Shown here in pieces: positions 8,630 to 17,084 of a stretch of 33,694 bases of DNA. The stretch comes from Candidatus Dormiibacterota bacterium (lineage in GTDB: Bacteria; Chloroflexota; Dormibacteria; Aeolococcales; Aeolococcaceae). Made by a program: the position numbers and the translations under genes. How positions within the stretch are numbered: position 1 is the first letter of the stretch; the number at the start of each line of letters is the position of its first letter. The notes under the pieces are model-generated. The model was not told the origin of the DNA. It was given only the letters and a program-made list of their open reading frames with translations, and ran no database searches. Location: NCBI GenBank assembly GCA_019234035.1, contig JAFALX010000262.1:1-33694 (forward strand), given 5' to 3'.

Positions 8630-9670
8630 TCAGACACGCACCGCGGCGTACGCCTGCCGGAGCAACGTGCCCACCACGTCCCAGGAATGCTCGGTGGCGA
8701 CGAACTGCCGGCCGCGGCGGCCGAGCTCGGCGGCGAACCCGTCGTCGGTCAGCACACGCAGGGCGGCGCGGTACAGCGCCTCCTCGTCGTCCTCGCCCAC
8801 CAGTGTTCCGCCGTCCCGCACCGCGTCGCGCAGGCCGGTGACGTCGTAGCCCACCACGGGCGTCTGCCGTGCCTGGGCCTCGAGGGCCACGAGGCCGAGC
8901 CCCTCGAACCGCGACGGCATGATGAGCACCGACGCTCTGGCGAGCTCACGGGCGACGGTGGCGTCGTCGACGCGGCCCATCACCTCGATCTGCTCGTACT
9001 CCGACGCCTCCTCGCCCACCTGTCGATCGAGGCGGCCGGTGCCGATGACGGCGGCGCTCCACCCGGGCCGCCGCTGCAGCACGCGGCGCATCAGCCGGAC
9101 CGCGGCGAGCGGACCCTTCTCCCGCTCCAAGCGCCCCACGAAGAGCATGCGTCCCTGCTCGCGCAGATCCGCCCGGAGCTCGGGCAGGTCGATCCCCGGG
9201 GGCACCACGGCCACGCGGGAGGCGGGCACCCGCATCGCGAGCACCGCGTCTGCGGTGGAGTCGGACACCGCGAGGATCCGCGAGGCGCGCCGGTACGCGA
9301 GCCCCTCGACGGGCGAGAGGACGCGCCGCGGGTCACTGGGCACGAATGCCTGCCGGTACGTGTGGTGCGCGGTGTAGACCACGGGGACGTCGAGGCGCCG
9401 GAGGAACAGCACGCCACCCGGTCCGCCATGCACGTGCACCACGTCGGGGTGCGTGTGTGTGATCGCGTCGGGGTTGCGGTTGGCCCACAGCGAGAAGTCG
9501 AGCGGCGCCCGCCCCGTGACATTCGGGAAGTCGACGGCGTGCTCGCCGCGGCCGGAGATGACGGCCGTCTCCACATCGCGCACCTCGAGCACGCGGCGCA
9601 TCCCGCGGAGCATCACGCCCTGGCCGCCCTGCGGCGGCTCGTCGTCGAAGGAGACGAAGGTGACTCGCAC
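8630..9670 (-). CDS. GT4-family (GT-B, retaining) glycosyltransferase
   Basis: GTG at 9670 (VRVTFVSFDD...). C-terminal half has FVGRLEREKG and the EX7E motif (PSRFEGLGLVALEAQA). The upstream part of the 538-aa track ORF is the out-of-frame shadow of mutM. The start overlaps the mutM stop by 1 nt (TAGTG). Confidence 0.8.
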   Translation of the reverse strand: MRVTFVSFDDEPPQGGQGVMLRGMRRVLEVRDVETAVISGRGEHAVDFPNVTGRAPLDFSLWANRNPDAITHTHPDVVHVHGGPGGVLFLRRLDVPVVYTAHHTYRQAFVPSDPRRVLSPVEGLAYRRASRILAVSDSTADAVLAMRVPASRVAVVPPGIDLPELRADLREQGRMLFVGRLEREKGPLAAVRLMRRVLQRRPGWSAAVIGTGRLDRQVGEEASEYEQIEVMGRVDDATVARELARASVLIMPSRFEGLGLVALEAQARQTPVVGYDVTGLRDAVRDGGTLVGEDDEEALYRAALRVLTDDGFAAELGRRGRQFVATEHSWDVVGTLLRQAYAAVRV

Positions 9671-10494
9671 TACCGCTGATCGTGCGGGCAGTACACGGTG
9701 GTGCGGCCGCCGATGACCGTCTTCTTCAACGTCGTGCCGCAGCGAAAGCAGGGCTGCCCGCCGCGTCCGTACACCTGCAGCACCTCCTGGTGGTTGCCGC
9801 GCGCGTTCCAGACGTCGCGATAGTCGTCGACGCTGCTGCCGCGGTTGACGATGGCGCTCAGCAGCGTCGCGCGTATCGCGCTCTGGAGCGCGGTCATCTG
9901 CGCGCGCGTCACCCGGTTGCACCTGCGCGTCGGGCGCACACCCGCGGTGAAGCACGCCTCGTCGATGTAGATGTTGCCCAGCCCCGCGACACGGCTCTGG
10001 TCCAGCAGGGCGGCCTTGAGCGTGCGCGTGCTCGGGTGCAGCAGGCGCCAGAGCGCGTCCGGCGTGAACTCGTCCGACAATGGTTCGACGCCGAGGGCGG
10101 GCAGCGCGCGCGCCTGCTCGAGCTGCGCGCGCGAGCCGTACGCGAGACGTCCGAAGCGGCGGGTGTCGTCGAACCGCAGCTCGCGGCCGTCGTCCAGGCG
10201 GGCGCGGAGGTGCGTATGCCGGGACTCCGGCGCATCGCCGTCGCACACGAGCAGATGACCGGTCATCCCCAGGTGGACCATGAGGTCGTCGCCGCCGTCC
10301 ATCCCGAGCAGGATGAACTTGCCGCGGCGATCCACGCTCATCACGCTCTGCCCCGCGACCACCTGCCTGAACACGTCGGCGGGTGGCGTGCGCAGCACGT
10401 CGTCGCGCGCGAGCCGCACATCCTCGATGCGCCGCCCCACCAGCTCTGAACGGAGGTCGCGAGCCACCGTCTCGACCTCAGGAAGCTCGGGCAC
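9670..10494 (-). CDS. mutM: Formamidopyrimidine-DNA glycosylase (Fpg/MutM)
   Basis: GTG start followed by PELPEVE (catalytic Pro2, Glu3). H2TH region present. C-terminal finger is CFRCG...YCPHDQR, with Asp at the position of the usual fourth Cys. The 5-prime end overlaps the polA stop by 17 nt. Confidence 0.92.
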   Translation of the reverse strand: MPELPEVETVARDLRSELVGRRIEDVRLARDDVLRTPPADVFRQVVAGQSVMSVDRRGKFILLGMDGGDDLMVHLGMTGHLLVCDGDAPESRHTHLRARLDDGRELRFDDTRRFGRLAYGSRAQLEQARALPALGVEPLSDEFTPDALWRLLHPSTRTLKAALLDQSRVAGLGNIYIDEACFTAGVRPTRRCNRVTRAQMTALQSAIRATLLSAIVNRGSSVDDYRDVWNARGNHQEVLQVYGRGGQPCFRCGTTLKKTVIGGRTTVYCPHDQR

Positions 10495-13255
10495 CGACCT
10501 CCACGCCGGCGAGCACGGGCGTCATCTCGCCCCAGTTGTGGCCTATCTTGACGTCAACCTCGAGGGGCACGGCCAGCTCGATGGCGCCGGACATGGCGTC
10601 GCGTACGAGCGGTATGAGCCGGTCGACCTCATCCACCGGCGCCTCGAGCAGCAGCTCGTCGTGCACCTGCAGCAGCATCCGTGAGCGGAGGCCGGACTCG
10701 CGCAACGCCTCGTCGACGCGGATCATCGCGCGCTTCATGATGTCGGCGGCGGCGCCCTGCATCGGCATGTTCACGGCCATGCGCTCGGCGGCGCCGCGGA
10801 TCTGGCGGTTGGCGGCGCGGATGTCAGGGAGGTACCGGCGCCGGCCGGTGAACGTCTCCACCCACCCGTACTGCCGTGCGTGGTTGCGCACACCCTCGAG
10901 ATACTCCGTCACCGCCGGCACGTTCGCGAAGTACTTGTCGATGAACGTGCGTGCGTCCTCCTGGGGGATGCCGGCGCCGCGCGCGAGGCCGAAGTCGCTC
11001 AGGCCGTACACGACGCCGAAGTTGACCATCTTGGCGATGCGCCGCATGTCCGGCGTGACCGCCTCGGGCGCGACGTTGTAGACCTCGGCGGCGGTGCGGC
11101 GGTGAATGTCCTCTCGGTTGCGGAACGAGTCGATGAGCGTCGCCTCGCCGGTGACGTGCGCGAGCACGCGCAGCTCCACCTGCGAGTAATCGGCGCTGAC
11201 GAGCGTCTGCCCGGGGTCGGCATGAAATGCGCGGCGGATGCGCGCGCCCCACTCGGTGCGCACCGGAATGTTCTGCAGGTTCGGATCCGCGGACGACAGC
11301 CGTCCGGTGGTGGCGACCGCCTGGTTGAACGACGTGTGGATGCGCGAGTCCGCGGAGCATAGCAGCGGCAGCGAGTCCACGTACGTGCTCTTCAGCTTGG
11401 TCAGCTGACGCCACTCGAGGATCTGCTCGACCACCGGATGCTCGGACCGCAGCTGCTCCAGCGTGTCGGCGTCCGTGCTGCGCCCCGTCTTGATGCGCCG
11501 GCCCGGCGCCAGCCCGAGGTCGTCGTACAGCAGGCGCGCCAGCTGCTGCGTGCTGCCGGGATTGAAGGTGTAGCCGGCGACATCGTGCAGCTCGGACTCG
11601 ATCGCGGTGATGCGCTCGTGCAGCTCGCGACTGATGTCGCCGAGCAGATCGCAGTCGACCCTGATGCCGCGGATCTCCATCGCCGCGAGGATCGGCACGA
11701 GCGGGAGCTCGAGCTCGTCGTACAGGTGCCGGGCGCCGATGGTGTCCATCGCCTGCGACACCGCGCCGGCCACCGGAGCGATGACGCCTGCCCAGGCGCC
11801 GTAGTACGCCGCCAGCTCGTCCTGCGGGACCGAGGCGATGTCGCGCTTGGAGCGCCCGATGCCCAGCAGCGCCTCCTCCTCGTCGAGCTGGATGCCGCAC
11901 AGGTCGTGCGCCAGCACGGGCAGGGAGGGCACGCGCAGCCGCTGATTGCTCACATACGCGGCGAGCTGGATGTCGAACTGCAGCCCACGTACCTCGAGGC
12001 CATGCCGCGTCCACGCGAGCACCTCGCGCTTGAGGTCGTAGCCGCGCAGCGCCACCGATTCGTCCGCGAACAGCTGCGACAGGGCAGCGCGCAGGCTGCC
12101 GTCGCCGTCCAGCGGCACGTAGTACGACGCACTGCCACCGAACGGCACCAGTGCGACACCCAGCAAAACGCCGGTGCGCGCGGCACCGCCGACCGCTGTG
12201 CGCACATCCATGCCACCGGCCTCGCGAACGCGCTCGACCACGTCGGCGGCGGTGTGCGCATCCTCGACCACGATCACCTCGGTGTCGGGTCGGCGCAACC
12301 CCGGCGGCGGGGCGGCGGCTTCGCGTTCCAACGGCAGCAGCGCCTGACCGTTGCCTGCGCTGGCGACAGCCGGCGCAGGCTCGTCGTCGCGCCCCGGGAG
12401 CCGCGACAGCAGTGAGCGAAACTCGAGTCGGTCGAAGAGGTTTGTGACCTGCTGTTCGTCGTAGTGATACAGGCGCGCCGGCGCAAGGTCGAGCTGCACG
12501 TCCATGTCGGTCGCGATGGTCGCGAGGCTCTTGCTCTGCAACGCCTGCTCCTCGTGCCCTTCGAGCGCGCGGCGCACGCGGCCCTGTGGCATCGAGGGAA
12601 CCGCGGCAATGATGTCCTCGACGGTGCTGTACTGCTGCACGAGCGTCAGCGCCGTCTTCTCGCCGATGCCCGGAATGCCCGGGATGTTGTCGGACGCGTC
12701 GCCCTGCAGCGCCTTGAAATCGACGACGTGCGGCGGCTCGAACCCGTATCGCTCGCGCACCTTGTCGAGGTCGTACACGATCGTGTCGCTGAGACCGCGG
12801 CGGCTCGCGAACACGACGACGTGCTCGTTCACCAGCTGCAGCACGTCGAGATCACCTGTGAGGATGATCACGTCCAAGCCCGCTTCGGTGGCGCGGCGCG
12901 AGAGCGTGCCGATGACGTCGTCGGCCTCGAAGGTCGGCACCTCGACGATGGGAATGCCCAGCGTGGCGACGATCTCGCGACTCCAGGTGAACTGCGGCAC
13001 GAGCTCCGGCGGCGGCGGCTTGCGCTGCGCCTTGTACTCGGCGAACTCGCCGTGGCGGAACGTGCGTCCCGGCGGGTCGAAAGCCGCGATGGCGTAGTCG
13101 GGGTGGTGGTCGTTGAGCGCCTTGAACAGCATCGATGTCATACCGAACGCTGCGTTGGTCATCTCCCCGCGGCTGTTGCTCAGCGCCGGCATGGCGTGGA
13201 AAGCTCGGTAGACGAGGTTGTGCCCGTCGATGAGAAGCAATGTTTCGCGCGCCAT
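10478..13255 (-). CDS. polA: DNA polymerase I
   Basis: 925 aa. N-terminal 5-prime nuclease (LLIDGHNLVYRAFHA, GDASDNIPGIPGIGEKTA), a central exonuclease-like domain, and Pol A motifs (DYSQVELRVLAH, RRIAKMVNFGVVYG, QVHDELLLE). Confidence 0.97.
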   Translation of the reverse strand: MARETLLLIDGHNLVYRAFHAMPALSNSRGEMTNAAFGMTSMLFKALNDHHPDYAIAAFDPPGRTFRHGEFAEYKAQRKPPPPELVPQFTWSREIVATLGIPIVEVPTFEADDVIGTLSRRATEAGLDVIILTGDLDVLQLVNEHVVVFASRRGLSDTIVYDLDKVRERYGFEPPHVVDFKALQGDASDNIPGIPGIGEKTALTLVQQYSTVEDIIAAVPSMPQGRVRRALEGHEEQALQSKSLATIATDMDVQLDLAPARLYHYDEQQVTNLFDRLEFRSLLSRLPGRDDEPAPAVASAGNGQALLPLEREAAAPPPGLRRPDTEVIVVEDAHTAADVVERVREAGGMDVRTAVGGAARTGVLLGVALVPFGGSASYYVPLDGDGSLRAALSQLFADESVALRGYDLKREVLAWTRHGLEVRGLQFDIQLAAYVSNQRLRVPSLPVLAHDLCGIQLDEEEALLGIGRSKRDIASVPQDELAAYYGAWAGVIAPVAGAVSQAMDTIGARHLYDELELPLVPILAAMEIRGIRVDCDLLGDISRELHERITAIESELHDVAGYTFNPGSTQQLARLLYDDLGLAPGRRIKTGRSTDADTLEQLRSEHPVVEQILEWRQLTKLKSTYVDSLPLLCSADSRIHTSFNQAVATTGRLSSADPNLQNIPVRTEWGARIRRAFHADPGQTLVSADYSQVELRVLAHVTGEATLIDSFRNREDIHRRTAAEVYNVAPEAVTPDMRRIAKMVNFGVVYGLSDFGLARGAGIPQEDARTFIDKYFANVPAVTEYLEGVRNHARQYGWVETFTGRRRYLPDIRAANRQIRGAAERMAVNMPMQGAAADIMKRAMIRVDEALRESGLRSRMLLQVHDELLLEAPVDEVDRLIPLVRDAMSGAIELAVPLEVDVKIGHNWGEMTPVLAGVEVGARAS

Positions 13256-13263
13256 TCACAGGT

Positions 13264-13776
13264 ATGGTACCCAGCGCGATGACCGCCCACGACCCGACCC
13301 AAGGCCGGCCGCCGGCGGAGGTGCAGCTCAATCTCACCCGCGCCGACATCGGCTTCTCCGCCGCGCATTTCAGCATCGTCGGCGGGCGCGCCGAGCGCCT
13401 CCACGGGCACAACTACCGCGTTGAACTGCGAGCGCGCGGCAGCCTGCGGGCGGACGGCACGCTGGTCGATTTCGCCGTCCTCAAGCGCGCCCTGCGCGAT
13501 GTGTGCGCGAGCCTCGACGAGCGCACGTTGTTGCCACTGCATAGCGACCGCGTTGCGGTGCGAGAGGACGGTGACCAGGTCGACGTCGTCGAAGGCACGC
13601 GGCATTTCCGGTTTCCCCGCGAAGACGTGCGTCTGCTGCCGATTCCCAACACCACGTGCGAGTCGCTGGCGACGCACCTGATGCTCGCCGTCCGCGCCCG
13701 CCTCGGTGACGCCCCCGTGCGGCTCGAGCTCACGGTGGAAGAGACGCCTGGTCAGAGCGCGACCGTGGCCGAGTGA
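13264..13776 (+). CDS. 6-pyruvoyl-tetrahydropterin synthase / QueD-family protein (divergent)
   Basis: FSAAH and HGHNY supply the Zn-binding His triad, and ETPG lies near the C-terminus. The start is uncertain. ATG 13240 overlaps polA. ATG 13264 and ATG 13279 are both possible, and 13279 fits a TATGGT -10 at 13263-13268. Confidence 0.7.
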   Translation: MVPSAMTAHDPTQGRPPAEVQLNLTRADIGFSAAHFSIVGGRAERLHGHNYRVELRARGSLRADGTLVDFAVLKRALRDVCASLDERTLLPLHSDRVAVREDGDQVDVVEGTRHFRFPREDVRLLPIPNTTCESLATHLMLAVRARLGDAPVRLELTVEETPGQSATVAE

Positions 13777-13829
13777 CGACGCATCTCGCAAACGTGTAGC
13801 GGCGGCGGGCCCGGCGGGGAAACCAGCGC

Positions 13830-13835
13830 TATCAT
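13830..13835 (+). promoter_or_regulatory. Putative -10 (TATCAT) of the BFN nuclease gene, 6 nt upstream of the ATG
   Basis: The plus strand reads GCGC-TATCAT-CGGTCC-ATG. Confidence 0.45.
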
Positions 13836-13841
13836 CGGTCC

Positions 13842-14378
13842 ATGGCCGCCGATTTGATCGAGATGACGGTCGACAGCATCCGGGTCCACATGCCGACCGG
13901 CCAGCATGTGGTGATCCTCAAGGAGAAGTCGGCAGAACGTTATCTCCCCATCTGGATCGGCATCAACGAGGCCAACGCCATCGCGTTGAAGATCACCGGC
14001 ATCACACCGGAACGGCCGATCACGCACGACCTCTTGGCCAACGTGCTCAGCGCGGTCGACGTGACGGTGGAACGCATCGTCGTCACGTCGTTGAGCAACG
14101 AGGTGTTCTACGCCAGGATTCTGGCCCGGTGCGACGGCAAGTCGCTGGAGATCGACTCGCGACCATCGGACGCGATCGCCGTGGCGGTGCGCGTCGGCGC
14201 CGGCATCTTCGTCGCCACGGAGGTGCTCGACAAGGCGGGGGTGCTGCCCGAGCCCGAGAAGGAGGGCGAGGCCATCGAGCTCGACCCCGCCACCATGGAG
14301 CGCCTCGAGAAGGTGCGCGACTGGGTCAACGAGCTCAACCTGCCCGATCTGGGCACCAGCGGCGCCTCAGAGTCCTGA
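13842..14378 (+). CDS. Bifunctional nuclease (BFN, DUF151 family)
   Basis: 178 aa. HVVILKEKSAERYLPIWIG..EA.AIA......ERPITHDLL....L......V.VT.L...VFYA.I......EIDSRPSDAIA.A.R...PIFV is the typical DUF151 core. Acidic C-terminal tail. Confidence 0.75.
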   Translation: MAADLIEMTVDSIRVHMPTGQHVVILKEKSAERYLPIWIGINEANAIALKITGITPERPITHDLLANVLSAVDVTVERIVVTSLSNEVFYARILARCDGKSLEIDSRPSDAIAVAVRVGAGIFVATEVLDKAGVLPEPEKEGEAIELDPATMERLEKVRDWVNELNLPDLGTSGASES

Positions 14379-14388
14379 CGGGGTCAGG
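14374..14388. terminator. Short hairpin between convergent genes (BFN / GH18 lipoprotein)
   Basis: CCTGAC-GGG-GTCAGG is a 6-bp stem that includes the BFN TGA stop. There is no U-tract. Confidence 0.3.
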
Positions 14389-14390
14389 CC

Positions 14391-15962
14391 TCACCCGAAG
14401 AGGCTCCAGAAGTTCGGGTCCTCGAAGCCGAGACGCCAGGCGGCGACCCCGGCGAGGCCGTCCTGGTGTGCCAGGGCGAGCTTCAGCGAGAGGCTCGCGG
14501 CGTCGTCGAAGTAGGTGACGCTGCTGCCGTCGGACGACTCGATGAAGGGTGTCTGGGCCGAGAAGTCGTAGTCGACGCGCGCGCCGGGGCTGGAGAGATC
14601 GCTCAGCGCCTCCGCATACGAGGCGGACGACCCCGTCCCGCCGGTCCAGTTGCGCCCGTACAGCGGGATGCCCAGCAGCGTGTGCGACGGCGCCAGGCCG
14701 GGCAGTGTGCCCGCGAGCTCGGCCTTGACCCAGTCGAGGCCGGCGACGGGACCCGGGTCACCGCCCTCGCCGTGCTCGTCGTACGCCATGACGTCGACGT
14801 AGTCCGCGGCCGAGCCCAGGGCGGGAACGTCGTACGCGGCCGAGTACCGGTTCGTGCCGCTCGGGGTGTGCGGGACGACATCGACCGTGAGCTGCGCGCC
14901 GTGGGCGTGGAGGGCCGTGGCCAGGCTCTTCACGAAGGCCGTGAAAGCGTCCTTGTCGCTCGAGGGCATCGCCTCGAAGTCGAGGTTCACGCCCGGGAAC
15001 CCCCCGTTCACGACGTTCTGGACCGTCGTGGCCACGAGGGTCCCCACGGCCTGCTGCGACTTCAACAGCGTGTCGGTCCCGGTCTGATCGCTGAAGTCGT
15101 TCTCGAGGTCCGGCCACAGCGGCAGGCGAACGCTCTTGGCACGGGCAACAGCGACGGGGTCGGCGCTGCCCTGAATCGTGCCGTCCGGTTGCGCCTGCCA
15201 GCCGGTGGCGGACACCCAGCTGAGGACGCTTTGGTGGTGTGCGAGCGAGCTGTTGGCGGCGGGGGTGTCGGTGACGAACGCCACCAGGTTCGTGCCGGCG
15301 ACCGGCGCCGGCGCCGGGCTGGCGACGCGGGAGAGCTCGCCGGCCGCGAGGCCGGCGAGGCCGAGGTGCACGGCGGCCGCAAGGTGCGATCCGCGGGCCG
15401 TGGGGATACCCGCGGGCAGATCGACCGCGGGCGGCGCAGGGCCTGACCACGAGATCCTGAGGTGGGTCGGGTCGCGCCAGCTCAGGCCGGCGCCGGGGAG
15501 CGCCTGTGCCACCGCCGACTGCGTGGGCGCATCGTCGAAGACGCCGTCGACGACCGTACCCGCCGCCGGGTCGACGTGCGCCGCGAACATCGCCGAGGTC
15601 GCAGGGATCACGCTGAATCTCACGCTGATCCCCTGGGCGCGGCCGGCGACGCTTATGTTCAGGTGGTGGTTGGAGCCGAGCGGCAGCGCCGATGTGGAGG
15701 CCACGAGGTCGGAGCCCGAGGCGGTGAATGTGAGCGCACGGCTGTCGACCTGCCCGGTCACGTCCTGCGGGCGCAGGGCTTTCTGGGCATGCAGCCGCAG
15801 GTCGAGGGTGGGAGGCACCTGGTCGCTGCCCGGCGTCAGCAGCACGCCCCCGTCGGACACGGAGATGAATCCGTACTCCGGCGGTGTGTCGACGAACGGA
15901 AGGTTGCAAGCGGTGAGCGCTGCCGCGGACGCGATGGCCACGCAGACGAGCCTGTGGGGCAT
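14391..15962 (-). CDS. Lipoprotein with C-terminal glycoside hydrolase family 18 domain
   Basis: Signal peptide plus lipobox (AALTAC). The C-terminal half has GVNLDFE (GH18 DxxDxDxE-type catalytic strand, Glu retained), VMAYDEHG and IPLYGRNW. The N-terminal half looks like Ig-type beta domains. Confidence 0.75.
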   Translation of the reverse strand: MPHRLVCVAIASAAALTACNLPFVDTPPEYGFISVSDGGVLLTPGSDQVPPTLDLRLHAQKALRPQDVTGQVDSRALTFTASGSDLVASTSALPLGSNHHLNISVAGRAQGISVRFSVIPATSAMFAAHVDPAAGTVVDGVFDDAPTQSAVAQALPGAGLSWRDPTHLRISWSGPAPPAVDLPAGIPTARGSHLAAAVHLGLAGLAAGELSRVASPAPAPVAGTNLVAFVTDTPAANSSLAHHQSVLSWVSATGWQAQPDGTIQGSADPVAVARAKSVRLPLWPDLENDFSDQTGTDTLLKSQQAVGTLVATTVQNVVNGGFPGVNLDFEAMPSSDKDAFTAFVKSLATALHAHGAQLTVDVVPHTPSGTNRYSAAYDVPALGSAADYVDVMAYDEHGEGGDPGPVAGLDWVKAELAGTLPGLAPSHTLLGIPLYGRNWTGGTGSSASYAEALSDLSSPGARVDYDFSAQTPFIESSDGSSVTYFDDAASLSLKLALAHQDGLAGVAAWRLGFEDPNFWSLFG

Positions 15963-16150
15963 CGTGGGCCCAGTCTACGGGTGCTTCGCTTTCGCACCGC
16001 TATCGCCCGATTGGAGCGATACTTGGGCGCGTAGAGATGAGGGAGTTGAGATAGCTTCCGTAATCGTCCCCAACCTGATCGTGTTCGTGGCTGTGCTGGC
16101 GGCAGTGATGACGGCGTTCGTGCTGGCCATCGGCCGCATCGCCCGATACC

Positions 16151-16186
16151 CGTAGCGGACCCCTGGTTGGAGCGCGGTCCGCTGCG
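16151..16186 (-). terminator. Stem-loop immediately after the anti-sigma gene stop
   Basis: CGTAGCGGACC...GGTCCGCTGCG forms about 11 bp (one G-U pair) with a 14-nt loop. It starts 1 nt after the stop codon at 16188-16190. No clear U-tract. Confidence 0.45.
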
Positions 16187-16187
16187 A

Positions 16188-17084
16188 CTAGCGGACGGTG
16201 ATGGTCAAGGTCGCGCTCAGCGGTGCCTGCGAGGTGTTCGGGTAGTTCGCCGGGATCGTGGCGACAACGTGGATCACCGTGCCCGGAGCGGTGCCGGGCG
16301 GGATCGTGAAGGTGTCCCCGGCGATGGTGTTCGTTGCCGAGACCGGGTTCTGCCCCATGGCTGGGCCGGCCGCCGGCAAGGGCGCTGCGAAGGCCGCGCC
16401 AGAGGGACCGGTGACGCTCAGGCAGGGCGTCACCGACGTGGTGGCTGCCGATGCGGCTGCCCCCGGTGCACCCGCCGCCTGTGCCGGGATGGTCAGCACG
16501 GCGTAGATCTGGACCTGGGAGCCCGCGGCTGCCGTCGCATCGCTGGCGCTGAGCACCAGTTGCTGGCCGGGGCGCGAGCGGTCGGCCGCGCTCGTTCGGT
16601 AGGTGAACGAGGGGACTGTGCCCGCGGTCGCGGCGCCGGGGCAGGACGCTCCCTGGTGCCCCTGGTTGTCGGCAGCCGCCGGTGCGTTGGTGTTCTTGCC
16701 CGCGTGATTCAGGGTTGCAGGTGTCTCCTGCGCCGGAGCCGAACCCCGGGTGAGGCCGACGACGACGATGGCGACGGCTGCAAGGGCTGCGACGCCGGTG
16801 GCGGCTCCCATTGGCAGTCGTTTCGATATGAGGCGGCGAAGCCGGTCCGCGGCCGTGGCGCGTTCCGCTGTGGGCGCGCCGGTCGGAAGGTGAACCGGCA
16901 GCGGCATCGCGGCTTTCGGCAGCGCACGCACCGTCCCGATCGCCTCCGTGAACGTGTCGTAGGACGTGCTGCAGTCGCTGCACTGCCTGAGGTGGTCGTG
17001 GAAGCTCTGCTCCTGCGCCGGCGAGAGCTCGTCGTCGATGGCGGCGGAGAAGAGCTGCTCGACGTGCTGCGCTGTGGCCATCAC
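16188..17084 (-). CDS. Anti-sigma factor (zf-HC2 type), single-pass membrane protein
   Basis: N-terminal HLRQCSDC (H-x3-C-x2-C), a TM helix (AATGVAALAAVAIVVVGL), and an Ala/Pro/Thr-rich extracytoplasmic domain with no recognisable fold. ATGA overlap with the sigma gene stop. Confidence 0.75.
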   Translation of the reverse strand: MMATAQHVEQLFSAAIDDELSPAQEQSFHDHLRQCSDCSTSYDTFTEAIGTVRALPKAAMPLPVHLPTGAPTAERATAADRLRRLISKRLPMGAATGVAALAAVAIVVVGLTRGSAPAQETPATLNHAGKNTNAPAAADNQGHQGASCPGAATAGTVPSFTYRTSAADRSRPGQQLVLSASDATAAAGSQVQIYAVLTIPAQAAGAPGAAASAATTSVTPCLSVTGPSGAAFAAPLPAAGPAMGQNPVSATNTIAGDTFTIPPGTAPGTVIHVVATIPANYPNTSQAPLSATLTITVR

